From assembly GCF_943788075.1 (NCBI RefSeq), contig NZ_CALSOW010000001.1, forward strand, positions 105,128 through 169,127: a stretch of 64,000 bases of DNA. Direction: 5' to 3'. Positions 22,419 to 34,660 of the stretch are shown in pieces; position 1 is the first letter of the stretch, and every line of letters begins with the position of its first letter. Made by a program: the position numbers and the translations under genes. The notes below the pieces were generated by a model that was not told where the DNA came from, made no database searches, and saw only the letters and a program-made list of their open reading frames with translations. This DNA is from an uncultured Candidatus Pelagibacter sp. (GTDB lineage Bacteria; Pseudomonadota; Alphaproteobacteria; Pelagibacterales; Pelagibacteraceae).

Positions 22419-22769
22419 ATGGATAAAATTTCAGATCTTAAATCAGTGGTAATTAACACACTGGATCTCAACAAAGCACAAGATATTGTCACTATTGATC
22501 TTAAAGATAAAAGTTCGATGGCTGATTATATGATAATTGCAAGCGGTACTTCTTCAAGACATATTCAATCTTTATCTGAACAAGTTTTAGAAAAGTTAAA
22601 AGCTAATGGCATTAAAAATTCAAAAATAGAAGGTAAAGAAAGTAATGAATGGAAACTGGTTGATGGTATTGATTTAATTGTACATATCTTTCATCCAGAA
22701 AAAAGAAAGTTTTATGAGCTTGAGAAAATTTGGTCAGAACTAATTCCAAAAGAAAAAGTTATTATATGA
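22419..22769 (+). CDS. rsfS: Ribosome silencing factor
   Basis: KAQDI..IDL, DYMIIASGTS.RH, W.LVD.GD-like, VHIF..EKR.FYELEKIW. Confidence 0.93.
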   Translation: MDKISDLKSVVINTLDLNKAQDIVTIDLKDKSSMADYMIIASGTSSRHIQSLSEQVLEKLKANGIKNSKIEGKESNEWKLVDGIDLIVHIFHPEKRKFYELEKIWSELIPKEKVII

Positions 22770-23905
22770 AAAAAATTCAACTTTATTTGATAATTTTCTT
22801 ATCATCTTTTATTTTCTCACATTCAATAAACTCAGCCGAAATAGATATTTATAAAAAAATTGACCTATTTGGTGAAGTTCTCGAAAAAATAAACAAAGAA
22901 TATGTAGATGAAATTAATCAGTCTGAAAGTATGGACTCAGCTATCAATGGTCTTCTTCAGTCACTTGATCCCTATTCATCTTATATGTCACCAGAAATAT
23001 TTCAGGAAATGCAAACAGAAACAAGAGGTGAGTTTGGTGGCCTTGGAATTGAAGTCAGTATGGAAGCTGGTGTTGTAAAAGTTATTACTCCTATAGATGA
23101 TACTCCTGCATCAAAAGCAGGAATTAAAGCTGGAGACTTTATTGTAAAAATAGATAGTGTTCAGGTTCAAGGAAAATCATTGAGTGAAGCGGTTGATCTA
23201 ATGAGAGGCTTGGTAGGTACTGATATTGAGCTTACAGTAAGGCGTCGTGGAGTAAAAAAAGCTCTCACCTTCAACATAACAAGAGAAATAATTGAAGTTC
23301 AATCTGTTAAATCAGACCTTTTGGAAAATAATATTGGATACATCAGACTAACCTCTTTTAACGACAATAGTAGTAATCAAATTAAAAAAAAAATTAAAAA
23401 ATTAAAAGAGAATGAAAATTTAAAAGCATTCATATTAGATCTCAGAAATAATCCTGGAGGGTTATTATCTCAAGCAATAAAAATTTCTGACTTCTTTCTT
23501 GATAATGGAGAAATAGTATCAACAAAAAGTAGAAAAAAATCAGACAACAGAAAATGGTTTGCACGTAAAGGAGATATTACTGAAGGAAAAACTTTAGTAG
23601 TGCTGATCAACTATGGTTCTGCATCAGCATCAGAAATTGTGGCTGGTGCTCTTAAAGACCATAAAAGAGCAATTATAGTTGGTGAAAACAGTTACGGTAA
23701 AGGATCTGTACAATCAATAATTCCCTTAAAAAATAAGGGAGCTATAAGATTAACAGTTTCAAAATATTACCTGCCTTCTGGAAAATCTATATCTGAGGTT
23801 GGAGTAAGACCAGATATTGAAGTGAATGAAGAAGGTGATGAATTTAGAATTAAAACTGATACAGATAATCAATTAAATTACGCCATAAAACTACTAAACG
23901 GTTAA
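22766..23905 (+). CDS. ctpA: Carboxyl-terminal processing protease (S41 family)
   Basis: Signal/TM, LDPYSSY, PDZ, DLRNNPGG, SASASEI, GKGSVQ; ATGA overlap with the rsfS stop. Confidence 0.93.
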   Translation: MKKIQLYLIIFLSSFIFSHSINSAEIDIYKKIDLFGEVLEKINKEYVDEINQSESMDSAINGLLQSLDPYSSYMSPEIFQEMQTETRGEFGGLGIEVSMEAGVVKVITPIDDTPASKAGIKAGDFIVKIDSVQVQGKSLSEAVDLMRGLVGTDIELTVRRRGVKKALTFNITREIIEVQSVKSDLLENNIGYIRLTSFNDNSSNQIKKKIKKLKENENLKAFILDLRNNPGGLLSQAIKISDFFLDNGEIVSTKSRKKSDNRKWFARKGDITEGKTLVVLINYGSASASEIVAGALKDHKRAIIVGENSYGKGSVQSIIPLKNKGAIRLTVSKYYLPSGKSISEVGVRPDIEVNEEGDEFRIKTDTDNQLNYAIKLLNG

Positions 23906-23906
23906 C

Positions 23907-24383
23907 ATGAATAAAAATTTCAGCGAATTACCGCTAAGAACTGGGGTAGGAATAATTTTATTAAATGATGAAAATAAAGTTTTTGTTGCAAGAAGAATTG
24001 ATAATGCAAAAAAATTTTGGCAAATGCCTCAAGGGGGTGTTGATGAAGGAGAAGATTTTTTAAAAGCAGCCTTCAGAGAGCTAGAAGAAGAAACTAGTGT
24101 TAAAAGTGTTGAGTTAATTAAAGAATTAGATGGCACAATTACCTATGAACTTCCTGATCGTTTACTAGGAATTATTTGGAAAGGTAAATATAAAGGCCAA
24201 AAACAAAAATGGTTTTTAATGAAATTTGTTGGAGATGAAAAAGAGATTAATATTAAAACTAAAAACCCAGAGTTTTTAGATTGGAAATGGATAGATCTTG
24301 ATCAAATCACAGAAGTTGTAGTCGATTTTAAACTACACGTTTATAAAGAGCTTCAAGAAAAAGTTAAAAAAATTATTAATTAA
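23907..24383 (+). CDS. rppH: RNA pyrophosphohydrolase (Nudix)
   Basis: WQMPQGGVD.GE....AAFRELEEET, GQKQKWF. Confidence 0.92.
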   Translation: MNKNFSELPLRTGVGIILLNDENKVFVARRIDNAKKFWQMPQGGVDEGEDFLKAAFRELEEETSVKSVELIKELDGTITYELPDRLLGIIWKGKYKGQKQKWFLMKFVGDEKEINIKTKNPEFLDWKWIDLDQITEVVVDFKLHVYKELQEKVKKIIN

Positions 24384-24767
24384 TAGATTTTAATACTTCA
24401 ATTTTTTGATCAACTAAATACTTAGATTGGTCATTTATTTCAGGATTATTTGCATCCTCTTCAGCTAATTTTAATAAATCTTGCTGTTTAGATTTATCTA
24501 AATCTGTAAGATTAAATATTGAGCTAGTTAGAATTGATAAGTTATTATTTTTAAATTCAACAATCCCATCCTCAACATAATAATTTTCATCTCCAGATTT
24601 TGATAAAATCTTAATAATACCTGGCTTTAAAAATGAAATGATAGAAATATGATCTTTCAGTATTCCCATCTCACCTTCAAAAGCAGGTACAACAACCTCT
24701 GAAACATCTTCTTTAATCAAAAAAGATTTTTCTGGATTTACTATCTCTATCTTAAACTCTTCACTCA

Positions 24768-24768
<1 letters not shown>
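24376..24768 (-). CDS. atpC: ATP synthase F1 epsilon
   Basis: EIVNPE, GEMGILKDH; position after atpD. Confidence 0.92.
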
Positions 24769-27064
<2,296 letters not shown>

Positions 27065-27070
27065 AATGAA

Positions 27071-28606
27071 TTAAGATTTAAAGTTTTCCTTTAATTGAGT
27101 AATTACTTCGATTAGTAATTTTTCTTTATCATCTTCAAGTTTGCCTGAACTTTGAATTGAATCAATTATTTCAGGTTTATCAGACTTACATTTTTCAATG
27201 ATTTTGTTTTCAAACTCAGCAATATCTTTTAATTCAATATCATCCAAGTAACCTTTAACACCACAGAAAACTGAAATTACTTGTTCAGCTACTGTCATTG
27301 GTGAATATTGTTTTTGTTTAAGAAGTTCAGTTAATTTTGAACCTCTGTTTAAAAGTTGCTGTGTTGAAGCATCTAAATCAGAACCAAATTGAGCAAAAGC
27401 AGCCATTTCTCTATATTGGGCTAATTCCAATTTCATTGATCCAGAAACTTTTTTCATCGCTTTTGTTTGTGCTGAAGAACCTACTCTAGAGACAGATAGT
27501 CCAACGTTAATTGCTGGTCTAATCCCTTGGTTAAAAAGTTCAGTTTCTAGGAAAATTTGACCATCAGTAATTGAAATCACATTGGTTGGAATAAATGCTG
27601 ATACATCACCACCTTGTGTTTCAATAATTGGAAGTGCTGTTAACGAACCTCCACCATGTTCATCACTTAACTTAGCTGCTCTTTCTAACAATCTACTGTG
27701 AAGATAGAATACGTCACCAGGGTAAGCTTCACGTCCTGGAGGTCTTCTTAATAATAGAGACATTTGTCTATAAGCTACAGCCTGCTTAGATAAATCATCA
27801 TAAATAATTAATCCATGCATTCCGTTATCTCTGAAATATTCACCCATTGTACACCCTGTGTAAGGTGCTAAAAACTGAAGTGGTGCAGAGTCTGATGCTG
27901 TTGCAGCAACGATTGTTGTGTACTCCATTGCTCCAGCCTCTTCTAGTGTTTTTTGAATTTGTCTTACAGTTGATCTTTTCTGACCAATCGCAACATAAAT
28001 ACAATAAAGTTTTTGTTTCTCATCGCCAGACTCATTGATTTTCTTTTGGTTGATAATTGCATCGATTGCAACTGCAGTTTTACCAGTCTGTCTGTCACCA
28101 ATAATTAATTCACGTTGACCTCTTCCAACTGGAACCAAACTATCGATAGATTTTAGACCTGTCTGCATAGGTTCACTAACTGACTGTCTTGGAATAATTC
28201 CAGGAGCCTTAACTTCAACTCTACTTTTTTTAACACTTTTATCTAATGGACCTTTGCCATCAATTGGATTTCCTAATCCATCAACAACTCTACCTAATAA
28301 TTCTTTTCCAACTGGAGTGTCAACAATATTTCCAGTTCTTTTAACTGTATCACCTTCTTTAATATTTCTGTCATCTCCAAAAATTACAACCCCAACGTTT
28401 TCACTTTCTAAGTTTAAGGCCATACCTTTAGATCCATCAGCAAACTCAACCATTTCTCCAGCCTGAACATTATCAAGACCATAAATTCTAGCGATACCAT
28501 CTCCTACTGATAGTACTTGCCCAACTTCGGTTACTTCTGCTTTATCACCAAAGTTTTTAATTTGTTCTTTTAGTATCTTTGTTACTTCTGAAGGATTTAT
28601 TTCCAT
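27071..28606 (-). CDS. atpA: ATP synthase F1 alpha
   Basis: [21 protein letters not shown]. Confidence 0.99.
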   Translation of the reverse strand: MEINPSEVTKILKEQIKNFGDKAEVTEVGQVLSVGDGIARIYGLDNVQAGEMVEFADGSKGMALNLESENVGVVIFGDDRNIKEGDTVKRTGNIVDTPVGKELLGRVVDGLGNPIDGKGPLDKSVKKSRVEVKAPGIIPRQSVSEPMQTGLKSIDSLVPVGRGQRELIIGDRQTGKTAVAIDAIINQKKINESGDEKQKLYCIYVAIGQKRSTVRQIQKTLEEAGAMEYTTIVAATASDSAPLQFLAPYTGCTMGEYFRDNGMHGLIIYDDLSKQAVAYRQMSLLLRRPPGREAYPGDVFYLHSRLLERAAKLSDEHGGGSLTALPIIETQGGDVSAFIPTNVISITDGQIFLETELFNQGIRPAINVGLSVSRVGSSAQTKAMKKVSGSMKLELAQYREMAAFAQFGSDLDASTQQLLNRGSKLTELLKQKQYSPMTVAEQVISVFCGVKGYLDDIELKDIAEFENKIIEKCKSDKPEIIDSIQSSGKLEDDKEKLLIEVITQLKENFKS

Positions 28607-29165
28607 TTATGCCTCTATCATTCTGTTTTCGATTTGTTGTAATTTATTTTTAATTGAGGTGTCCACCATAGTACTTCCAACTTGTACTACTAAGCCTCCT
28701 ATTAAACTTTCGTCATGTTTGTAGTTTAATTTTATTTTTGAACTAAAGTTTTTAGTAAGCTCATCTGTGATTTTAGAAATTTCATCACTAGATAGTTCTT
28801 TTGCAGACTTTAATTCAGCTTTTAATTCTCCTCTTTTTTTAGAACATGTTTCAATAAAACTATTTAAAATTTGTCCTACATAAAACAAACGTCTTTTTGT
28901 AACTAAAAAACTTAAAAATTTTTTTAATAAACTCCTCAAATTTATTATTATCAGAAATGCTATAAATAACTTTTAAAAGATCATCTTGATTATTTGTTGG
29001 ATCCTTAATCAAATTTGAAAAATCTTTACTAGAGGAAATCAACTTTAAGATAGATGAAGATTGGTCTTCAACTTGTGAAAGAACGTTGTTTTCACTAGCA
29101 AGTTCATACAAAGCTAAAGAATATCTTTCAGCTGAAGTTATTGAAAATCCCTTATTTTTGCTCAA
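28607..29165 (-). CDS. atpH: ATP synthase delta; split in the ORF track by an apparent +1 frameshift near 28934-28936
   Basis: N half AERYSLALYELA; C half LIGGLVVQVGSTMVDTS. Removing one G in TTT GAG G AGT joins them (NKFESLLKKFL). TTG start with GAGG SD. Confidence 0.92.
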
Positions 29166-29210
29166 CTTGGTACCTCTGTTATGTTGAAGATTATTTTAAA
29201 ATCACGCATT

Positions 29211-29239
29211 AATTAGCATATGACCCTTATGTCTTCAAG
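29211..29239 (-). promoter_or_regulatory. Candidate RpoD promoter of atpHAGDC
   Basis: Minus strand CTTGAA-N17-CTAATT. Confidence 0.45.
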
Positions 29240-29273
29240 TAGCACATTCGTTTAAAAGTCCTTTTTTTAAAGG

Positions 29274-31229
29274 TTAATTGAAGTTTATTGGATCAACATC
29301 AACTGAAAGTTTTATTCCTGATGAAAATTTGTAATTTGGGATAATTTCAGCAATTGAATTCTGTAATTTAAGAGATTTTGAGCCCCTAATTAACATTCTT
29401 ATTCTAAATTTTCTTTTTAATCTAAAAATTGGTGCACTAACCGGTCCTAGAACTCTTCCATTAATTTTTTTTTCAATAAAATTTTTAAAATAAAAAGCTT
29501 CTTTTTCTAATTTTGCTTCATTGTCACCTGTTAAAATTAAAGAGATAAATCTTTGAAATGGTGGAAGTTTGTTTTGTCTTCTAATATCCAATTCTCTATC
29601 AAGAAAAATATCAGGATTACTATTTGTTAAATCAGAAATCATTTTAGTATTAGTATTATAAGTTTGAAAATACACAGTTGCAGGTTTCCCTGTTCTTCCT
29701 GCTCGTCCAGAAAGTTGATGGTATAATTGTAAGTTTTTTTCAGCTCCTCTTAAATCATGTCCTTGTAAGGAAAGATCAATATCAACTACCACAATACAAT
29801 TAAGGCTTGGAAAATGAAAGCCTTTTGAAATTAACTGAGTTCCAACTAAAATTTGAACTTCATTGTTAATTATTTTTTCTAATTTTTCACTAGAACTTTT
29901 TTTATTCATTGTATCACTTGAAAAAATTTCAATTTTTTTTAATGGAAAGTTTTTTTTAACTTCCTCTGATATCCTTTCAACGCCGGGACCACTAAAAATA
30001 AATTCACAATCTCCATCTTTTACACAAGTTCTTTTTAAAGAAGATTTAAAGCCACAATAATGGCACAATAAATTATTCTTTTTTTTATGATAAACTAAAT
30101 TAATTGAGCAATTAGGACACGAGTAACTATTGAAGCATTTGTTACAAAGTACATGTGGAGAAAACCCTCGTCTATTTAAAAAAAATAATACTTGATCATT
30201 TTTATCAAGATGAAAATTTACTTTCTCAATTATTTTTTTTGAAAGCCAAGATTGTTTTTCTAATTTTGTTTCATTAAGATTAATTATTTCATAATTTGGT
30301 AATGAGGCATTTTGATAACGTTTTTCTAATTTTGAAATACTATATTTACCTTTTTTAATATTTTCATAAGTTTCAATTGATGGAACGGCTGTAATTAAAT
30401 TGATAGGGATATTTTCAAATGACGCTCTTGAAATAGCCATGTCTCTTGCATTATAAGTAACACCCTCGTCTTGTTTGTAAGATTGATCATGTTCTTCATC
30501 CACAATAATTAAACCTAGTTTTTTAAATGGTAAAAATAATGATGATCTAGCACCTATGACAACTTTGATTTCTCCATTTGCAATTCCACTCCAAATAATT
30601 TCTTTCTTTTTTTTTGTAATACCAGAGTGCCAAACTGCTGGGGTAAAACCAAAAAATTCTATAAATTTTTTTTCAAATTGACCTGTTAAGCCAATCTCTG
30701 GTAATAAAATTAAGCCCTGAAAACCTTTGTTTATTATGTCTTTAAGAGCTTCAAAATAGACCATAGTTTTTCCTGAACCGGTTGTTCCTTGGAGAACATG
30801 AACTCTAAATTTTTGATTAGAAACATTCATTTTTTTAAGAGATTTGTTTTGCTCTTCAGAAAGCTTTATTGAATTTTTTTTGATATTCGTATCAAAAATT
30901 TTGAAAACATCTTCTTGAATTTTTTCTACAGCATTGCTACTCAATAAAACCAATTTTAAGGCCATTCCTTTTGGAATTATATTGTATTCAGAAAACCAAT
31001 TAAGAAATTTTATAGTTGTTTTTTTTAAAGGTGTTACATTTAGTTTTTTTAAAACATTCTTTATCTTAAAATTTCTATTATTCTTTTTTTCAAATTCATC
31101 CCAAACTACTCCTGTAATTTTAGATTTACCAAAAGGTACCACAACATAATCACCTACCTTTAAATTAATATCACTTTCGTAGGTAAAAGGATGATTAAAT
31201 ATATTTGGTAAAAGAATCGGTACTTTCAT
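29274..31229 (-). CDS. priA: Primosomal protein N' helicase
   Basis: GTTGSGKT, DEEH, Cys-rich Zn region, QLSGRAGR, VDVDP. Confidence 0.96.
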   Translation of the reverse strand: MKVPILLPNIFNHPFTYESDINLKVGDYVVVPFGKSKITGVVWDEFEKKNNRNFKIKNVLKKLNVTPLKKTTIKFLNWFSEYNIIPKGMALKLVLLSSNAVEKIQEDVFKIFDTNIKKNSIKLSEEQNKSLKKMNVSNQKFRVHVLQGTTGSGKTMVYFEALKDIINKGFQGLILLPEIGLTGQFEKKFIEFFGFTPAVWHSGITKKKKEIIWSGIANGEIKVVIGARSSLFLPFKKLGLIIVDEEHDQSYKQDEGVTYNARDMAISRASFENIPINLITAVPSIETYENIKKGKYSISKLEKRYQNASLPNYEIINLNETKLEKQSWLSKKIIEKVNFHLDKNDQVLFFLNRRGFSPHVLCNKCFNSYSCPNCSINLVYHKKKNNLLCHYCGFKSSLKRTCVKDGDCEFIFSGPGVERISEEVKKNFPLKKIEIFSSDTMNKKSSSEKLEKIINNEVQILVGTQLISKGFHFPSLNCIVVVDIDLSLQGHDLRGAEKNLQLYHQLSGRAGRTGKPATVYFQTYNTNTKMISDLTNSNPDIFLDRELDIRRQNKLPPFQRFISLILTGDNEAKLEKEAFYFKNFIEKKINGRVLGPVSAPIFRLKRKFRIRMLIRGSKSLKLQNSIAEIIPNYKFSSGIKLSVDVDPINFN

Positions 31230-31375
31230 TTCTTAATAATATGAAAATTTATTAATAATGATACTTAAAGAGAGTATTTATTTAAAGATTAGTTAAAAAA
31301 GAATAAAACTATTCTTTTCTATTTATAATGGTTTAGAAATTCTTTTAAATCAATCTCAAAAGTCAATAACCTTCA

Positions 31376-31765
31376 TTAATCAAATAATCCTTTTCCAGTT
31401 GAAGATACTGGGATTACAAAACTAGCTGGATAAGTTCTTGATTTATCTGTTATTGCATCTGTTATACCTAAATCTAAAAAAATAACACTGGCTGCTACCT
31501 TTTCACCTTCTATACTACTTGGAATGCTTCCCCAACCGTACATACCATTTGCTGTTTCACAATCAAATTCTAATGCATCATCAGATCTTCTAATCATTGT
31601 TGTAGATGGAACATCAACTAAATATTGTGCTCTTTTATTTGATAGTTTGCATTTTCCTGAACTTCCATCACTAAAGGAAAGTGATACTGGCACGTTAGCA
31701 TCATTAATAATAGTGCCACATGAGTTTAAAATAATTAGTAATGGTATTAAGATATATTTTAACAT
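31376..31765 (-). CDS. Hypothetical lipoprotein
   Basis: Signal peptide with lipobox LNSC; two further Cys; own intergenic spacers on both sides. Confidence 0.65.
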   Translation of the reverse strand: MLKYILIPLLIILNSCGTIINDANVPVSLSFSDGSSGKCKLSNKRAQYLVDVPSTTMIRRSDDALEFDCETANGMYGWGSIPSSIEGEKVAASVIFLDLGITDAITDKSRTYPASFVIPVSSTGKGLFD

Positions 31766-31907
31766 GCTGCATTTATATTTTTTTAATTTTTAAAATTCAA
31801 ATTTTTTATAGCTAAAATGGGTCAAATATTATCCTTTCGGCGTTTACTATAAATTTAAGAATTTTTTTAATAATTGATTATTCTCATTGGTACTAAAAGA
31901 TAATTTA

Positions 31908-31935
31908 AAAATCTTATAGGATAATATAGGATTTT
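31908..31935 (-). terminator. Hairpin immediately after the lpd stop, possible terminator
   Basis: Minus strand AAAATCCTATA-TTATCC-TATAAGATTTT (10 of 11 pairs) ending in a T run. Confidence 0.35.
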
Positions 31936-33334
31936 AAGAGTGTATTGCTCTTTTATCTACTGATAATGCTGCTTCTTTAACAGCTTCTGAAAATGTGGGA
32001 TGAGCGTGACAAGTTCTTGCAATATCCTCAGAACTTGCACCAAATTCCATTGCAACACCTATTTCTGCAATAAGCTCTCCTGCATGAGGTCCAATAATAT
32101 GTGCACCCAAAACTTTATCTGTAGTTTCGTCTGCTAAAATTTTAACAAACCCTTCTGCGTCATCTATGGCTTTTGCTCTAGAGTTTGCCATGAATGAAAA
32201 TTTACCAATTTTATATTTCGTGTTTAATTCTTTTAATTGTTCTTCTGTCTTACCAATTGATGCTACTTCTGGTGTTGTATAAACAACACCAGGAATTGTA
32301 TCATAATTGACATGACCTGATTGACCTGCAATATTTTCTGCTACTGCAATTCCTTCATCTTCTGCTTTATGAGCAAGCATAGGTCCACTTATAACATCAC
32401 CTATTGCATAAATATTATTAATATTAGTTTCAAATGTATTGTCTGTTTTAACTCTTTTTCTTTCATCTAATTCAACTCCAACAGCTTCTAGGTTTAAACC
32501 ATTGGTATTCGCTTTTCTTCCAACTGAAATAAGCACAACATCACAATCAAAATTATTTTTATTACCCTCTTTATCAACTGTTGAAACAACTGCTCCTATT
32601 TTATTATATTGGATAGCTTCAACTTTATTTTGCATGTTGAATTTGATGCCTTGTTTTTTTAAAATCTTCATAAATTCTGATGAAATTTCTTTATCCATGC
32701 CAGGGGTAATGTGATCTAAAAATTCTACTACTTCTACTTCTGCCCCTAACCTTGACCATACTGAACCCATTTCTAGTCCAATATAACCACCACCCACAAC
32801 AACCATTTTTTTTGGAACCTTATCAAGTTTTAAGGCACCTGTTGAAGATACAATTACTTTCTCATCAATTTCTATTCCGGGTAAAGATACTGGCACAGAA
32901 CCAGTTGCTATCACTATTTTTTCAGCTTCAATGATAGTTTCTTTATTTTGATCGTCTTTAATTAAGATTTCATTTTTAGTCTTAAAGCTTCCAGTTCCTT
33001 TATAATAAGCTACTTTATTTTTTTTCAATAAAAACTCGACGCCTTTAGTAAGGATTGTGACGGCTTTATCTTTACTTTTCATCATTTTTTCAAGATTCAG
33101 CTTAACTTCACCAACTTCAATCCCTTTACTGGATAAATTTTGAACTTTATGAAACTCCTCAGATAGATTTAACAAGCTTTTTGAAGGTATACATCCAACA
33201 TTTAAACATGTTCCTCCAAGAGATCCTCTCGACTCAATACAAGCTGTTTTTAATCCAAGCTGAGCAAGCCTAATAGCACAAACATATCCACCAGGACCTC
33301 CTCCGATTACTACTGCTTGAAATTTTTCTGACAT
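31934..33334 (-). CDS. lpdA: Dihydrolipoyl dehydrogenase (E3)
   Basis: GGGPGGY, GGTCLNVGCIPSK, HAHPTFSE. Confidence 0.97.
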   Translation of the reverse strand: MSEKFQAVVIGGGPGGYVCAIRLAQLGLKTACIESRGSLGGTCLNVGCIPSKSLLNLSEEFHKVQNLSSKGIEVGEVKLNLEKMMKSKDKAVTILTKGVEFLLKKNKVAYYKGTGSFKTKNEILIKDDQNKETIIEAEKIVIATGSVPVSLPGIEIDEKVIVSSTGALKLDKVPKKMVVVGGGYIGLEMGSVWSRLGAEVEVVEFLDHITPGMDKEISSEFMKILKKQGIKFNMQNKVEAIQYNKIGAVVSTVDKEGNKNNFDCDVVLISVGRKANTNGLNLEAVGVELDERKRVKTDNTFETNINNIYAIGDVISGPMLAHKAEDEGIAVAENIAGQSGHVNYDTIPGVVYTTPEVASIGKTEEQLKELNTKYKIGKFSFMANSRAKAIDDAEGFVKILADETTDKVLGAHIIGPHAGELIAEIGVAMEFGASSEDIARTCHAHPTFSEAVKEAALSVDKRAIHS

Positions 33335-34654
33335 TTAAATATCCAAGAACAACCTTCTAGGGTCTTCTAAATTTTCTTTAACCATTTTTAAAAATGAAAC
33401 TGACTCTTTGCCATCAATTATTCTATGATCATATGACAAAGCTAAATACATTATAGGTCTAACCTTTATTTCTCCATCAACAACAACAGGTCTTTCAACA
33501 ATATTATGCATTCCAAGAACACCAGATTGAGGAAGATTAAGAATTGGCGTTGATAACATTGATCCATAAACACCACCATTACTAATTGTAAATGTTCCTC
33601 CTTGAAGATCTTCAATAGTTAATTTTCCATCTCTTGCTTTTTCTGAAATTTCTTTAATATTTTTTTCAATTTCAGCAAATGATAATTCATCAGCATCTCT
33701 TAATACAGGAACAACTAAACCTTTTTCAGTTCCTACAGCAAAACTTAAATTATAATAATTTTTATAAATTATTTCTTCACCATCTATTTCAGCATTTACA
33801 GCTGGGAAATTTTTTAATGCTACAACACATGCTTTAACAAAAAAAGACATAAAACCTAATTTTATTCCATATCGACTTTGAAAATCTTGCTGATTTTCTT
33901 TTCTCATTTCCATAATATTCGTCATATCAACTTCATTAAAAGTAGTTAACAAAGCTGCGTTTTCTTGGGCTTGTTTTAATCTCTTAGCTATCGTTTGTCT
34001 TAGTCTGGTCATTTTAATTCTTTCTTCTTGACCATACTTTGCTTTTCTTTCCGAAGGCTGTGGATTGACTCCCATTAAACTTATTAGATCACCTTTTAGA
34101 ACTCTTCCATCTTTTCCTGAACCTTGAACTGAATTAATATCTATTTTGTTTTCTACAACAATTTTTCTAACAGCTGGTGAAAGTGTTTGACTTTCTACGT
34201 TAGATTTAGGTTCAGATTTTTCTTTTTTAGCTTTTGGAGTTTCTTCTTCTATAACCTCATCAGTTAAAACTAATGGTTCGTCTTGATCATTTTTTTTAAT
34301 TTCTTCCTCAAAAATTTTTGGTTCTTTTTTAAGTGGGTCTAATTTAATTACGTTGTCTTCTTTTTGAATAGGTTTTTCTTTTTTAGCCTCCTCTTTTTTA
34401 ACTGTTCCCGTTGATCCAATTTCTGATACTGAACCAAGCAATGCTCCTACTTCTACCACTGAGCCATCTTTTGAATTTATTTCAGTTAAAATACCTTTTA
34501 CTGGCGATGGTACTTCAAGATTAACTTTATCTGTTTCAAGCTCTACAATTGGCTCATCTGCTTCAACTGCGTCACCACTGTTTTTTAACCATTTTGCTAC
34601 TGTTGCTTCAGTAATACTCTCACCAAGAACAGGAACTACAATTTTTTCACTCAT
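33335..34654 (-). CDS. sucB: 2-oxoglutarate dehydrogenase E2
   Basis: Lipoyl ETDKV, E3-binding domain, SYDHRIIDG. Confidence 0.97.
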   Translation of the reverse strand: MSEKIVVPVLGESITEATVAKWLKNSGDAVEADEPIVELETDKVNLEVPSPVKGILTEINSKDGSVVEVGALLGSVSEIGSTGTVKKEEAKKEKPIQKEDNVIKLDPLKKEPKIFEEEIKKNDQDEPLVLTDEVIEEETPKAKKEKSEPKSNVESQTLSPAVRKIVVENKIDINSVQGSGKDGRVLKGDLISLMGVNPQPSERKAKYGQEERIKMTRLRQTIAKRLKQAQENAALLTTFNEVDMTNIMEMRKENQQDFQSRYGIKLGFMSFFVKACVVALKNFPAVNAEIDGEEIIYKNYYNLSFAVGTEKGLVVPVLRDADELSFAEIEKNIKEISEKARDGKLTIEDLQGGTFTISNGGVYGSMLSTPILNLPQSGVLGMHNIVERPVVVDGEIKVRPIMYLALSYDHRIIDGKESVSFLKMVKENLEDPRRLFLDI

Positions 34655-34660
34655 TTCTAA

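Noticed and set aside
28607-29165. ATP synthase delta as a naturally split two-gene pair
   Set aside because: One extra G explains it; the overlapping tail and the internal start look spurious.
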